Shown here: one piece after another, positions 49,918 through 59,821 of the stretch
Layout: each line of letters opens with the position of its first letter
How positions within the stretch are numbered: the first letter of the stretch is position 1
Origin: Candidatus Latescibacterota bacterium
Lineage (GTDB): Bacteria; Latescibacterota; UBA2968; GCA-2709665
Length of the DNA stretch: 64,000 bases
Direction: 5' to 3'
Assembly (NCBI GenBank): GCA_965219455.1
Contig: OZ244744.1
Coordinates: forward strand, 5,248,001-5,312,000
Made by a program: the position numbers and the translations under genes
Notes under the pieces: generated by a model
What the model saw: only the letters and a program-made list of their open reading frames with translations
Told to the model about the DNA's origin: nothing
Database searches by the model: none

Positions 49918-52900
49918 ATGAGACGTATCTTCAATATAGCTGCACTCATCGCGGCCGGGGCGATCGTTGCAACCGGGATCGGACTGCTGGCCCTCGGCTC
50001 GGGACGGATGAACTCCTATCTGAAAGACTACGCGCAGCGCCGGCTCACCAGCGACCTGAACATTGCGGTGGAAATCGGCGCCCTGCACGGCAACCCCTTA
50101 AAGGGATTCCGGTTAGAACGTGTGCGATTCGGTGCCGAGCCGGAACCACTCCTGACTGTAGACGCGGTGGAAGCCCGGTATCGGTTGACGGCATTGCTGA
50201 GGGGATCGGTGATCGTGGACAAACTCGTCCTGGCCGCCCCGAAGGTCCGGCTCCCGGAAGGCTTGGTCGCCGCGGATTCCGCTGTCAGCCTGCTGCCGGC
50301 TTCCGACCCTGCTTGGTGGAAAGAGGCTCCGAATTGGGATATCCGCATCCGCCATGCGGAGGTCGTGGATGGCCGGATTCGCGCAGGCGAAGGTGGATGG
50401 GTCGACAGCCTGGATGCGGTCCTGGGGTTTCAGGCCGGTCCGGCAGGATACGAGTTGGCGTTACGCCGTTTCAGGTCCCTTCTCTTCGACCCTCCTCTGG
50501 TAATCAGGGACCTGTCCGGGCTGACCCTGCTTTCCGACGGACGGCTCAGACTTGAGGGACTTCGGCTGCAGACGCCGGGCTCCCACGTCCGGATCGACGG
50601 AACATTGAACGGGTTGTCCCATCCCGAGTACGATTTCGTGCTGAGTGCGGATTCACTGGCGTTTGACGAGATGGAGCGGATTTTCCCCGGGACCTGGACC
50701 TATCCACAGGGAAGTCTGGTCGCCGGCGGCAGGGTCTGGGGCGATCCCTCGGACGTGAACCTCGATCTGAAATTCAATTACGGGACGGCCGCGTGTGCTG
50801 TTGCGGGTTCGGTTGGTTTTTCACAGGAGGAGGTTACTTACGATATCCAGGGGACCGCAACAGGGATCGATCTGGCTCGGATCGGGCCGCAGTGGGGGCT
50901 GGACGCCAGCTTTGACGCGGCGGTAAAGCTGAAGGGTCGTGGCCTGGACCGGCAAACGGCCGATGTTTCCCTTGGCGGCGCAATCTCCGCGTCACGCCTT
51001 TTCGGCGTTGCCGTGGATACGGCGAACCTGGAGGCGTCGTTAAGGGGAGGGCGGTTACTGATGAACCTGAGTGTAGAAGGGGAGGCGGGAGGGCTGGCCG
51101 CCACGCTGAACGTCGACAGGATGCAAGCGGAGCCGTACTACGAACTGAGAACACGCCTTGCACACATTAACCTGACCCGGGTGTCTCGGAATTTACCAGG
51201 GGTTGTCGACCTCACGGGCGATATTTCGCTGAGACGGTCGGGCGATGGGCTATGGCGAGGCGAAGCGGGGTTCGACGTCCTGAAATTCGAGGGGCTGCCT
51301 CTGGCAACGGGACTCGCGCTTCGCGGATCGTTCCGGAAGGGCATTGTTAACCTCGACAGTATAGGCGTGAGACTGTCGGACGGATACGGCGTGGTCAGGG
51401 GACACGGCCGTATGGATCTGGGGCAATTCTGGAGCCCCGATGAAAGACAGCCCACCTACCGGGCGGGCCTTCGGGTGGACGGCCTGGCGCTGGAACGGCT
51501 CCTGGGCCGACCGGGCATCCTGGAAGACGTGTCACTGCAGATCGGACTCGACGGCGCGGGATTTCATCCGGATTCGGCGAAGGCCAGTGCGGACGTGATC
51601 GTGGAAGCATCGCGGTTTCTCGGCGGAAAACTGGATAGCGCGAGGGCGACGGTGGTTCAGCGGGGTCGCCGGACGATCGTGGATCGGCTGTTTCTTTCCG
51701 GTACGCGAACGCGCGTCGAAGGCAGCGGTTGGTTCACGCCTGGCGACAGCCTGAACCTCCGCGCGACCGGGCAGGTTATCGACTTCAGAGCGCTTGACGG
51801 CATCGTCGGACCGGGGCTGTCCGGAACGCAGGCTTCATTTGTGGCGCGCATCCATGGTACGTGGACGAAACACGTTTCCGTGGTGGATCTGCTGGCTGAC
51901 AGCGTGAATTACCGTGGTGTTCCGATCCACGGGGTCAAGATTGGGATGACGGGGCCGCAACTGCCATGGGGGGATGTGGCGGTCCGTGCGGATTCTCTTG
52001 TGTGGGGTGGACGATCGGTCCACGACCTTTCCGTGAAACTGGGGCTGAATCGAGATGGGGTATCATTTGTACTGGGCAGCCGCCCGGACGATATCGATCA
52101 CCTCCATCTCGCGGGTCGGGCGGGGTGGGCCAACGGCGGATACAACTTGAAACTCGACTCGCTGGCCGTGGGTATCGGCGGCGTGTCAATGTCCAGCGAA
52201 GGCGCCACACAAATGACGTATCACCCCGAAGAAGGGGTATCTGTGGAGCGTTTCCGGCTGGTCGGGGACGGCGGCGCGATTCAGGCGCGGGGACACAGCG
52301 GACAGAACGGAGGCGTCTCCGTGAGTCTCAAAGGCGTGGATCTGAAGATATGGTCGGGGCTCCTGGGGATGGCAGGCGAGTTGCGCGGGATGCTTACGGG
52401 GAGGATCGCGTTTTTCGGCACGCTGGACGATCCCCGGGTGAAAACAGAGTTGGTTTTTCGGAATGGCGCCGTTGCAGGTGTCAGTTTGAAGGAAGTTTCA
52501 GGAACTCTGGCGTATGGAAACAGGCGCGCGGCGGTGGACCTGAAAGCGGTGCAGTCCCCAGGCAGGGAGGCCGCGGCGAAAGGGCAGTTTCCGCTGAATC
52601 CATTGTCGGAAGGATGGGACGACCTGTTTCCCGAGGGGCCCGTCAACCTTTCGCTGAAATCCGGCGGGATCGATCTGAATTTTCTTCCAGAGGTCTTGCC
52701 GGCGGTGCAGGACGCGCAGGGTACTTTGTCCGCCGACCTGACTTTGAAGGGGACACCGCAACGGCTTCATCAGGATGGATGGATAAGGCTCCGCGATGCA
52801 AAAGCCCGGATTGTACCACTCAATACGAACTTCGAGAAGGTCGAGGCGGATCTAAGCCTTGAAGAGAACCGAATCGTGCTGGAACGCCTCGAGTCCGGCA

Positions 52901-53937
52901 CGGAGAAGAGAAGGGTCAATCTCACCGGCGACGTGACGTTGGATCGACTTAACGTGGCAAACTATGATCTTTCCTTAAAAGCAAATGAGTTCGAGGCGAT
53001 CGACCGGTCTGAACTCAAGGCCACCATTCAAGCCGATCTTCGACTGAAGGGGGACCTCCGGGCAGGGCGAATGGATGGCAGGGTGGCGCTGTCCCGAGCC
53101 GTTATCAGGCTGTCGGATTTTGTCAAATATCCGAGGGAACTTGCCTGGATGACGTCTCCGTTCTTTGGGAATCTGAGCTGCGACGTTCGGGTGTCGGCTT
53201 CTCGCAACGTGTGGATCCGCGACAGGGATCTGAACGTCGAGATTTCCGGGGACGTCGATCTCGTGAAGGACGCTGCGGGACTCAGGGTTTACGGGTCTCT
53301 CGATAGCAGGCAGGGGCGGTACGAGTTTCAGAATACGAGTTTCGCGATCCACCGGGGAGAGATAAATTTCCGAGGAAGTACGGATATCAATCCGGATCTC
53401 TACATCGTTGCATCGCGCAGGGTCAGGCTCGTTACCAACGAAAACGCGACAGTCAGCATCGTTGTGGGTGGAACGCTTCTGAAGCCCCAGATTTCGTTGG
53501 AAAGCGATGCCGCGGAGCGACTGTCCGAAAGCGACATCCTGTCCTACCTGCTGATCGGAAGGCCGGCCGACGACGTTTCCGGGTTGATGCGTGGGGAAGG
53601 CGGCGCCGGGGGCCGGCTGGAAGGGCAGGCTGCGATCCTTGTACTGGGTGTGGCGGCAAACCAGTTGAAGCGTACGATCGGACAGCGGTTGAATCTGGAC
53701 GTCGTGGAGATCGACCTGGGCATGGGCAGCTCCGCAACCCGTGTGCGGGCAGGGAAATATTTCGGCTCCCGGTTTTTCGTCAGCTATGCGCAGGATGTTT
53801 CCGAGGCGCGGGGAAAGGAGGTCGTCGTGGAATACGAACTGTTGCCTCATGTTACCCTGGAAGCGCAGCAGAGGGAGGGAAACGAACGCGAACGCGATCG
53901 GAGTTCGTTCGGGATCTTCTGGAAGAAGGAATGGTGA
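49918..53937 (+). CDS. translocation and assembly module TamB-like protein
   Basis: N-terminal anchor, long beta-taco repeats, C-terminal LSESDILSYLLIGR...GKY...VEYEL; follows tamA. Confidence 0.85.
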   Translation: MRRIFNIAALIAAGAIVATGIGLLALGSGRMNSYLKDYAQRRLTSDLNIAVEIGALHGNPLKGFRLERVRFGAEPEPLLTVDAVEARYRLTALLRGSVIVDKLVLAAPKVRLPEGLVAADSAVSLLPASDPAWWKEAPNWDIRIRHAEVVDGRIRAGEGGWVDSLDAVLGFQAGPAGYELALRRFRSLLFDPPLVIRDLSGLTLLSDGRLRLEGLRLQTPGSHVRIDGTLNGLSHPEYDFVLSADSLAFDEMERIFPGTWTYPQGSLVAGGRVWGDPSDVNLDLKFNYGTAACAVAGSVGFSQEEVTYDIQGTATGIDLARIGPQWGLDASFDAAVKLKGRGLDRQTADVSLGGAISASRLFGVAVDTANLEASLRGGRLLMNLSVEGEAGGLAATLNVDRMQAEPYYELRTRLAHINLTRVSRNLPGVVDLTGDISLRRSGDGLWRGEAGFDVLKFEGLPLATGLALRGSFRKGIVNLDSIGVRLSDGYGVVRGHGRMDLGQFWSPDERQPTYRAGLRVDGLALERLLGRPGILEDVSLQIGLDGAGFHPDSAKASADVIVEASRFLGGKLDSARATVVQRGRRTIVDRLFLSGTRTRVEGSGWFTPGDSLNLRATGQVIDFRALDGIVGPGLSGTQASFVARIHGTWTKHVSVVDLLADSVNYRGVPIHGVKIGMTGPQLPWGDVAVRADSLVWGGRSVHDLSVKLGLNRDGVSFVLGSRPDDIDHLHLAGRAGWANGGYNLKLDSLAVGIGGVSMSSEGATQMTYHPEEGVSVERFRLVGDGGAIQARGHSGQNGGVSVSLKGVDLKIWSGLLGMAGELRGMLTGRIAFFGTLDDPRVKTELVFRNGAVAGVSLKEVSGTLAYGNRRAAVDLKAVQSPGREAAAKGQFPLNPLSEGWDDLFPEGPVNLSLKSGGIDLNFLPEVLPAVQDAQGTLSADLTLKGTPQRLHQDGWIRLRDAKARIVPLNTNFEKVEADLSLEENRIVLERLESGTEKRRVNLTGDVTLDRLNVANYDLSLKANEFEAIDRSELKATIQADLRLKGDLRAGRMDGRVALSRAVIRLSDFVKYPRELAWMTSPFFGNLSCDVRVSASRNVWIRDRDLNVEISGDVDLVKDAAGLRVYGSLDSRQGRYEFQNTSFAIHRGEINFRGSTDINPDLYIVASRRVRLVTNENATVSIVVGGTLLKPQISLESDAAERLSESDILSYLLIGRPADDVSGLMRGEGGAGGRLEGQAAILVLGVAANQLKRTIGQRLNLDVVEIDLGMGSSATRVRAGKYFGSRFFVSYAQDVSEARGKEVVVEYELLPHVTLEAQQREGNERERDRSSFGIFWKKEW

Positions 53938-53944
53938 GTATTAA

Positions 53945-54140
53945 ATAGCTGTTCTGGAAACTCCGGTATGTTCCCGAGCGCGAGCGAAAAAGAGTCGGGG
54001 AAGGCGGGCGAACCCGGCCCAATCTGAAGTTAGGGGCGGATTTGGCCTGCGCAGACCGGCCTGTCTGCAGCGCGGTGCGCCTGCCTTGCCTGCGGCCGCG
54101 GGCGGGCGCAAAGTCCGTTGGGGGTTTTAAGATAGCTTCC
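53945..54140. repeat. MITE-like element (family A, long copy)
   Basis: Left end AGCTGTTCTGGAAACTCC with GTTCCCGAGCG, right end GGGGTTTTAAGATAGCTTCC; shares both ends with 5419-5485. Confidence 0.55.
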
Positions 54141-54160
54141 AAAAATGGAGGATTTGGCTC

Positions 54161-54958
54161 ATGGCTCTGGAAGAAGTCACGGAACAGTACGAAACACAGG
54201 GTTACTTTGTCGTGGATGACGCGGTTGATCCGGATATGCTGGAGCCGCTTCTCAACGCCACACGGCGCGTGAAGGCCAAAACGCGTTCCCGAGAGGTGGA
54301 CGTGTACACACACCGGACACCCGGTGGGGAGCCGTGGGCGATCAGGGGGTTGTTCGCACCGGAATTCAACGAACCTGTATTTGCAGAATACCTGATGTCC
54401 CAACCGGTGATGCGATACGTCGAACCGCTGCTGGGAAGCGACCTGTGTTTGGGCGGCGTCGTCATTTTCACAACGCCCGACGAGGTGGATTGGAGCGGAG
54501 GGTGGCACCGGGATTTCGGCGCCAATGAGCGGGACGGGTCCTATGACGTAGAATTGGAAATCCTCAACCGGCCGATGGTGTCATTAAAGTGGCACCTGGC
54601 GCTGGTTGACGACGGCTGCCTGCAGCTTGTGCCGGGCAGCCACAGACGGTACCGGACGGATGAGGAGCGGGAGTGTCTCTTGAAGAATCGGCACGCTGAC
54701 ATTTCGACACAGAAAGTGATCAACCTGAAGGCGGGTCAGACGATTTTCTGGAGCGGAAATGCGGTTCATCGCGGGATCTACAATACGGAGCCCGAGAGAT
54801 TGACACTTGCGGGGAGTTGGCACAAACATGTGGAAGGCGAAGAGCCACAGGGTACGGACGAACGAGTGAAATGGATGCTTGCGGAAAATGTGCGTGGATT
54901 CTTGCCGGATGAGATGCACCCGGCATACGATAGGTGGCGGGCGCTGCAGTTGGGCTGA
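54161..54958 (+). CDS. phytanoyl-CoA dioxygenase (PhyH) family Fe/2OG oxygenase
   Basis: QGYFVV, GWHRD, LVPGSH, VHRG; GGAGG SD. Confidence 0.88.
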   Translation: MALEEVTEQYETQGYFVVDDAVDPDMLEPLLNATRRVKAKTRSREVDVYTHRTPGGEPWAIRGLFAPEFNEPVFAEYLMSQPVMRYVEPLLGSDLCLGGVVIFTTPDEVDWSGGWHRDFGANERDGSYDVELEILNRPMVSLKWHLALVDDGCLQLVPGSHRRYRTDEERECLLKNRHADISTQKVINLKAGQTIFWSGNAVHRGIYNTEPERLTLAGSWHKHVEGEEPQGTDERVKWMLAENVRGFLPDEMHPAYDRWRALQLG

Positions 54959-55008
54959 GCACCGGCATCGTGCGTGAGGGATCCGAAACTGGATAAGGAG
55001 GTTATCAC

Positions 55009-55767
55009 ATGGCAATAACGGCTGATTTCGAGGCCTATCTGGCGGAAGATTGGTACGGACATCCGATGACGGTAGCGGCGTTGCTCGAGTGCGAAGCGGA
55101 AGCGGGGATCGATATGGCCGTGGTCATGCCGGACGCAAAGGTGGATCCGGATAACGACGGGTTGCTGGAACGGACCGCCGGGCATCTGAACCTGTTGCCG
55201 TGCGTGATGATGGATCCGCATATGGGGGCGTTGGGCGTTGCCCGGTTGAAGGAGTACGTGGCCCGGGGGGCGAGGGGTATGAAGCTGATGGGCGCGATCC
55301 ACAAGTTCGAGGTGGACGATCCGATGGTTTTTCCGTTTGTCGACGCTGCGCAGGAGTTGGGCATCGTCGTTTCGATTCATACGGGCGTGGAGAATTGCAG
55401 CGCGGATCGCGCCGCCGCTATCGCAGGGCGCATTCCCGAAGCGACGGTTATCCTGGACCATATGGGTTTTCCGGACCATTTCGACGAGGCAATGGCGGTG
55501 TGCATGCGTCACCAGAACGTATACATGGGCACGACCATTTTGCGTTTCCACAAACGGTGGGCGGATAACCCGGAGGAGGCCGTCGCGGTGGAAGTCAGGA
55601 CGGCGGTGGAGAAGCTGGGGCCGGAGCGGGTCGTCTTCGGTTCCAACCTGCCGGAATATCGGCCCATCCAGGTGAAGCGGGCCATCCAGCGGCTGGAGTT
55701 GGGGAGGGAAGCGGAGCGGCTGATTTTTGGAGAGAACCTGGCGAGAATCTACGGGATCTCGGATTAA
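55009..55767 (+). CDS. amidohydrolase family 2 protein with atypical metal ligands
   Basis: RGMKL, SIHTG, ILDHMG, FGSNLP; N-terminal DFEAY replaces DxHxH. Confidence 0.8.
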   Translation: MAITADFEAYLAEDWYGHPMTVAALLECEAEAGIDMAVVMPDAKVDPDNDGLLERTAGHLNLLPCVMMDPHMGALGVARLKEYVARGARGMKLMGAIHKFEVDDPMVFPFVDAAQELGIVVSIHTGVENCSADRAAAIAGRIPEATVILDHMGFPDHFDEAMAVCMRHQNVYMGTTILRFHKRWADNPEEAVAVEVRTAVEKLGPERVVFGSNLPEYRPIQVKRAIQRLELGREAERLIFGENLARIYGISD

Positions 55768-55879
55768 GTTACCATGCGGCGGGGGATGAATTCCGGCGAC
55801 GGAATTCGATGCGCTGCAACGCCCGGTCCCGTCAACCGGATGACCGGATGTTACGCAATATGCACCGGGAAAGAGGCAG

Positions 55880-56644
55880 CTATTTCTCCGCGGACAGAAA
55901 AGCATATTGCAGGGCGCTGAAGTGGACGTCCGGTGCCGCGAGGGTGGGTTCCGGCGCCTCCTTTACCCTGAATAATTCCTCAAAGTCCACCGTCTTTCCG
56001 GAAAGGTACCGCAGGCGAACACCCAGCACCTTCAAGATGGCTGCGCCCGCGGCATAGTCCCATATCGACGCGTGGTCGAATGCGCCCACCGCGGAGCCCC
56101 TGGCAACGTAGCAGAGATGTGCGGCGGCGGATCCGAGGCTGAGGGTTTTCCCAGGATAGTCGATCCTGAGATGCTTGAATGCGCCTTCGCTGACCAGCAG
56201 GATGGCGTTGGCATCCAGGACTGGCGCGGCGGGTGCGAGCGGACGGCCGTTGTGGTAAGCGGTGATGCCGTCGGAGTAATAAATGTCTCCCAGTACAGGA
56301 AGAATGAAGGCGCCCATGGATGGCTCGCCGTTTTCAAACATGCCGATGGAGACGCCCCAGACGGGCAGGCCGTGGTTGAATGCCCGCGTTCCGTCGACCG
56401 GATCGATCGCCCACACGACAGGTGAATTCGGGGGTGGATCGACGCCCTCTTCGCCGAGTACGGCATCGTTCGGACGCGCGGCATCGAGTTCTTTCCTGAG
56501 ATAGGCTTCAACGTCCAGATCCGCCTGGGTCACCCAGGAATTGTCGGGCTTTAGCGTTCCTTCCGTCCTGCCGAAGTGGGAAAGGGCGATTTCTCCGGCT
56601 TTTTCGGTGATGTCGAGGATCCAATGGATGTCGATCGGCGTCAC
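55880..56644 (-). CDS. inositol monophosphatase family
   Basis: VTQAD, LGEE, WAIDPVDGT, GSAA, WDYAAG. Confidence 0.9.
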   Translation of the reverse strand: MTPIDIHWILDITEKAGEIALSHFGRTEGTLKPDNSWVTQADLDVEAYLRKELDAARPNDAVLGEEGVDPPPNSPVVWAIDPVDGTRAFNHGLPVWGVSIGMFENGEPSMGAFILPVLGDIYYSDGITAYHNGRPLAPAAPVLDANAILLVSEGAFKHLRIDYPGKTLSLGSAAAHLCYVARGSAVGAFDHASIWDYAAGAAILKVLGVRLRYLSGKTVDFEELFRVKEAPEPTLAAPDVHFSALQYAFLSAEK

Positions 56645-56709
56645 GGTGCCTCCAAAACGATAGACGGGGTTTGCCGGACGGATTTAAGATATATAAAAAC
56701 GAAACGGAA

Positions 56710-56888
56710 TTCAACGGGCTGCTAACAGTCCGTTGGAAAAGTTGCTCTGCAGGCGAGGCCGAGCCATTGTGACCGAAGACAAGGCGCGCGACCGAGTCGA
56801 ATCGGAGGATTCGGAGAGGGAGCGCAACGCAGTAATTCGGCCACAAGAGCCGGCCGCAGCCCGGATGGACTTTTTCAATGGGCTGCTA
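56710..56888. repeat. MITE-like element (family B) with an adjacent solo end
   Basis: TAACAGTCCGTTGGAAAAGTT ... GACTTTTTCAATGGGCTGCTA imperfect inverted repeats, preceded by a second right-end copy TTCAACGGGCTGCTA. Confidence 0.55.
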
Positions 56889-57093
56889 AGGGCCGGGTCA
56901 ATGGGAATTGCATTTGCAGGAGGGAGGTGCTATCTTCAAGAATTCGTGTCTTGACTGTCCAATCCGATGGCGCTTCCGGACCCTCTCGAACGTCTGCGTC
57001 CGATCCAGGCAGACATCGTCCCTCCATCCGGGGCGCACGAAAATTCGGTCTTGTTTTTCACGTTCAATCAGAGCCGGAGGATTTGCCCGCGCC

Positions 57094-57846
57094 ATGCTGA
57101 AGAAGCAGATATTCCTGACCGGTGCAGCCGGGTCGATCGGTACGAGTATCCGGTCCCGGCTGAGGGCGCGATACGATTTTCGGCTCCTGCTGCACTCGAG
57201 GGTGCCGGATGACGTGCATCTGGACGACCAGGTCGTCGTCGCCAATGTGGCGGATGGTGCGGCAATGGTCGAAGCCGCGTGCGGCGTCGACGTCATCGTA
57301 CACCTGGCGATCCGGCGCTGGAGCGGGATGACGGCCGACGATGTGGCCAGGGCAACCCTGGAAGTCGATAATCCGGGCGTGTATAATATTCTCGAGGCTG
57401 CTCGAATAAATAACGTGCCCACGGTAGTTTTCGCAAGTACCAATCATGTCACGGGTTTATATGAGAAGGAAGGGCTTGTTTCCACCCCGGAGAGCCCTGT
57501 GCGGCCGGATGGCGTTTACGGTGCGGGAAAGGCCTTCGGCGAAGCACTTGGCAGATTTTATTCGGAACGGCACGGAATCCGCGTGATCTGTCTGCGTGTG
57601 GCGAATTACAACGACAAAGACACGCCGCAACAGCGGTATGAGCCCGGGTATTCCCGCTGGCTGAGCCCGAGGGACCTGGCGCAACTGGTCTGGAGGTCCA
57701 TCGAAGCGGAACACGTGAAGTTCGGGATTTTTTACGGTGTGTCGGGTGGCAGCGAGAAGAAATGGGACATGTCCAACGCACGGGAGATGCTGGGGTACAT
57801 CCCGGAAGACGACGGATCGCTGCCTGAATATGGTTGTAAAGCGTAG
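57094..57846 (+). CDS. NAD-dependent epimerase/dehydratase (uronate dehydrogenase-like)
   Basis: TGAAGSIG, FASTNH, YGAGK, WLSPRDLAQL, YIPED. Confidence 0.85.
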   Translation: MLKKQIFLTGAAGSIGTSIRSRLRARYDFRLLLHSRVPDDVHLDDQVVVANVADGAAMVEAACGVDVIVHLAIRRWSGMTADDVARATLEVDNPGVYNILEAARINNVPTVVFASTNHVTGLYEKEGLVSTPESPVRPDGVYGAGKAFGEALGRFYSERHGIRVICLRVANYNDKDTPQQRYEPGYSRWLSPRDLAQLVWRSIEAEHVKFGIFYGVSGGSEKKWDMSNAREMLGYIPEDDGSLPEYGCKA

Positions 57847-57852
57847 CAGCCG

Positions 57853-57886
57853 CGCGAAGACCGCTGGGGGTTTTATAACAGCTTCC
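57853..57886. repeat. solo right end of MITE family A
   Basis: GCGAAGACCGCTGGGGGTTTTATAACAGCTTCC resembles the right ends of the copies at 5419 and 53945. Confidence 0.5.
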
Positions 57887-57899
57887 AAGGGAGGATGGA

Positions 57900-58625
57900 A
57901 TGATCCGGGAGGGAATGCGAGTCCTGGTGTTCAGCGCCCATGCCGCGGATTTCTGTTCGCGCGCAGGGGGGGCGATCATTCGATTCGTAAAGGCGGGCGG
58001 TACAGTACACGTCCATAACCTGACGTACGGTGAACGCTGCGAGTCTCCGGCTCTGTGGGTGCAAGACCCCGATCGCACCCTGGAGGATGTCAAGGCGAGG
58101 CGCAAGGAGGAATTCGAGGCCGCCGCAAAGATCCTGGGTGCGAGCATCGATTGTTTCGATTTCGGAGACAGTCCGCTGGTGGTCGGACCCGACCGCCGGC
58201 TGCAACTGCTGGCGGCGATTCGGCGGTTCCAACCGGATCTGGTGCTGAGTCACTGGGTTAACGATGTGATGCATCCGGACCACGTGGAGACCACGCAGGC
58301 CGCGTTGTGGGCATGTTCTTATTGCAATTCAGGGGGAATCAAGACCGCCGATGCCCCGTGTCGGCGACCGCTCATCGTCTGCTATGAAACCACGATGGGG
58401 ACGTCGCCGGTTTCGGGATTCGTTCCCGATTTGTACGTGGATATTTCATCGGTGTTCGAACAGAAGATCCAGGCTCTGAAGAAGCTGGCGGCGCAGCCCC
58501 CTTTGCCGGAAGTTTATACGGTCTTGAATCGATACCGCGCCATCGAGGCGCAGCATATGGCCGGGATGAGCGATTGCCGGTATGCGGAGGGTTTTGCGAG
58601 GATCGGCAAGGAGCCGGTGGACTAA
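57900..58625 (+). CDS. PIG-L/LmbE family protein (GalB-like SAHxADF variant)
   Basis: FSAHAADF, GERCES, HPDH, PDLYVDIS, YAEGF. Confidence 0.8.
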   Translation: MIREGMRVLVFSAHAADFCSRAGGAIIRFVKAGGTVHVHNLTYGERCESPALWVQDPDRTLEDVKARRKEEFEAAAKILGASIDCFDFGDSPLVVGPDRRLQLLAAIRRFQPDLVLSHWVNDVMHPDHVETTQAALWACSYCNSGGIKTADAPCRRPLIVCYETTMGTSPVSGFVPDLYVDISSVFEQKIQALKKLAAQPPLPEVYTVLNRYRAIEAQHMAGMSDCRYAEGFARIGKEPVD

Positions 58626-58643
58626 CTCGAGAGGAGAACCATA

Positions 58644-59429
58644 GTGAAACCATCATGGATGACCTATGGGGTTCTGAAGGATCTTTCACGCCAGGACTTG
58701 CTGCAGACGCTGACAGACCACGGGTTCGAGGGCGTCGAGTTTCGGACGGACCTGGGTCACGGGCACGGCGTGGAGGCGTCAATCAATGGCGCTGAACGCC
58801 AGCAGGTGGTGGCCGACTGCCGGAACGCCGGCATTGAAATTATCAGCATCGCCACCGGAAACCGGTATCACGATACGGATGCGTCAGACCTTCGAGATCA
58901 CATCGAGCAGACTAAAGTACGGATGGATCTGGCAGCCGACCTGGGGGCGCCCAGAGTTCGTGTATTTGGAAACAACTTCCCAAAAGACGTGCCGAGAGAG
59001 AAAACGATCGCTCAGGTGGCGGAGGCGCTGAACGAACTCTGTGCTTACGGTTCCGGGAAGGGTGTCAAGCCCTGCCTGGAACTGCACGGCGAGTTCGACT
59101 GGCAATCGTGCCGGTCGGTGGCCGAGCAGGTGGATCATGAGAATTTGGGCCTGATCTGGAATTCGGTGCCGCAGGACGTGGTTGACGGGTCCGTTGAGGT
59201 GGCGCTCGACACGGTCTGGCCCTGGCTGGACCACGTTCATTTGCACGACCTGGCAGGGCAGGGATATCCGTATCGGGAGTTGTTCCGATTGCTTCACCAG
59301 AAAGAATACGGGGGGTATATGTCAGCTGAAGCGGAGCGAAGCCCCGATCGGGGGGTGGGGGATCTGTGGATGTTCGCGGCGTATTACGCGGATCTCTTCA
59401 GGGCCTATCGGGACCTCGCGCGGGGCTGA
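58644..59429 (+). CDS. sugar phosphate isomerase/epimerase (xylose isomerase-like TIM barrel)
   Basis: GFEGVEFR, RVRVFG, LELHG, HVHLHD, SAE; GAGGAG SD before GTG. Confidence 0.82.
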   Translation: MKPSWMTYGVLKDLSRQDLLQTLTDHGFEGVEFRTDLGHGHGVEASINGAERQQVVADCRNAGIEIISIATGNRYHDTDASDLRDHIEQTKVRMDLAADLGAPRVRVFGNNFPKDVPREKTIAQVAEALNELCAYGSGKGVKPCLELHGEFDWQSCRSVAEQVDHENLGLIWNSVPQDVVDGSVEVALDTVWPWLDHVHLHDLAGQGYPYRELFRLLHQKEYGGYMSAEAERSPDRGVGDLWMFAAYYADLFRAYRDLARG

Positions 59430-59467
59430 GACGGGCTGGCTCGACGCCGGATGGCCGGTCCCTGCAA

Positions 59468-59564
59468 TCCTTTCACGATTGAATGAACAAAGCCTGGTAT
59501 GTTGTTGCGTATCAGGCTTTTTTCGTTTCGTTATCCCATCGACGACGGCGGTCGCGTTCAATCC
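59468..59564 (+). repeat. ~96-bp direct repeat, copy 1 (contains a terminator-like hairpin)
   Basis: TCCTTTCACGATTGAATGAA...AAAGCCTG...CAGGCTTTTTT...CCCATCGACGACGGC; near-copy at 61362-61457. Confidence 0.85.
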
Positions 59565-59745
59565 TCCGCTATCGAGACATTTATCCTTACCGAATAATGA
59601 TATGATAGGCGATTATATTTGTAGGGGCTTCGGCCGACCCTGCCTCCTGCGAGTTCCACGATGCGGTCGGGCGGGGCAACCAACCGGATGGATTCAACGG
59701 CAATTTCGGTGCGTGTATGATTCTTCGATAATTTTCAGGTCGCAA

Positions 59746-59773
59746 TTGACTTTCCGCCGTGATCCCGTATTTT
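59746..59773 (+). promoter_or_regulatory. sigma70-like promoter of the Rpn-like gene
   Basis: TTGACT-N16-TATTTT about 48 nt before ATG 59822. Confidence 0.45.
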
Positions 59774-59821
59774 GTTTATACGGAGCCGCCCCCTCTCTCC
59801 CAAGGCCGCAGGGCATCTTGC

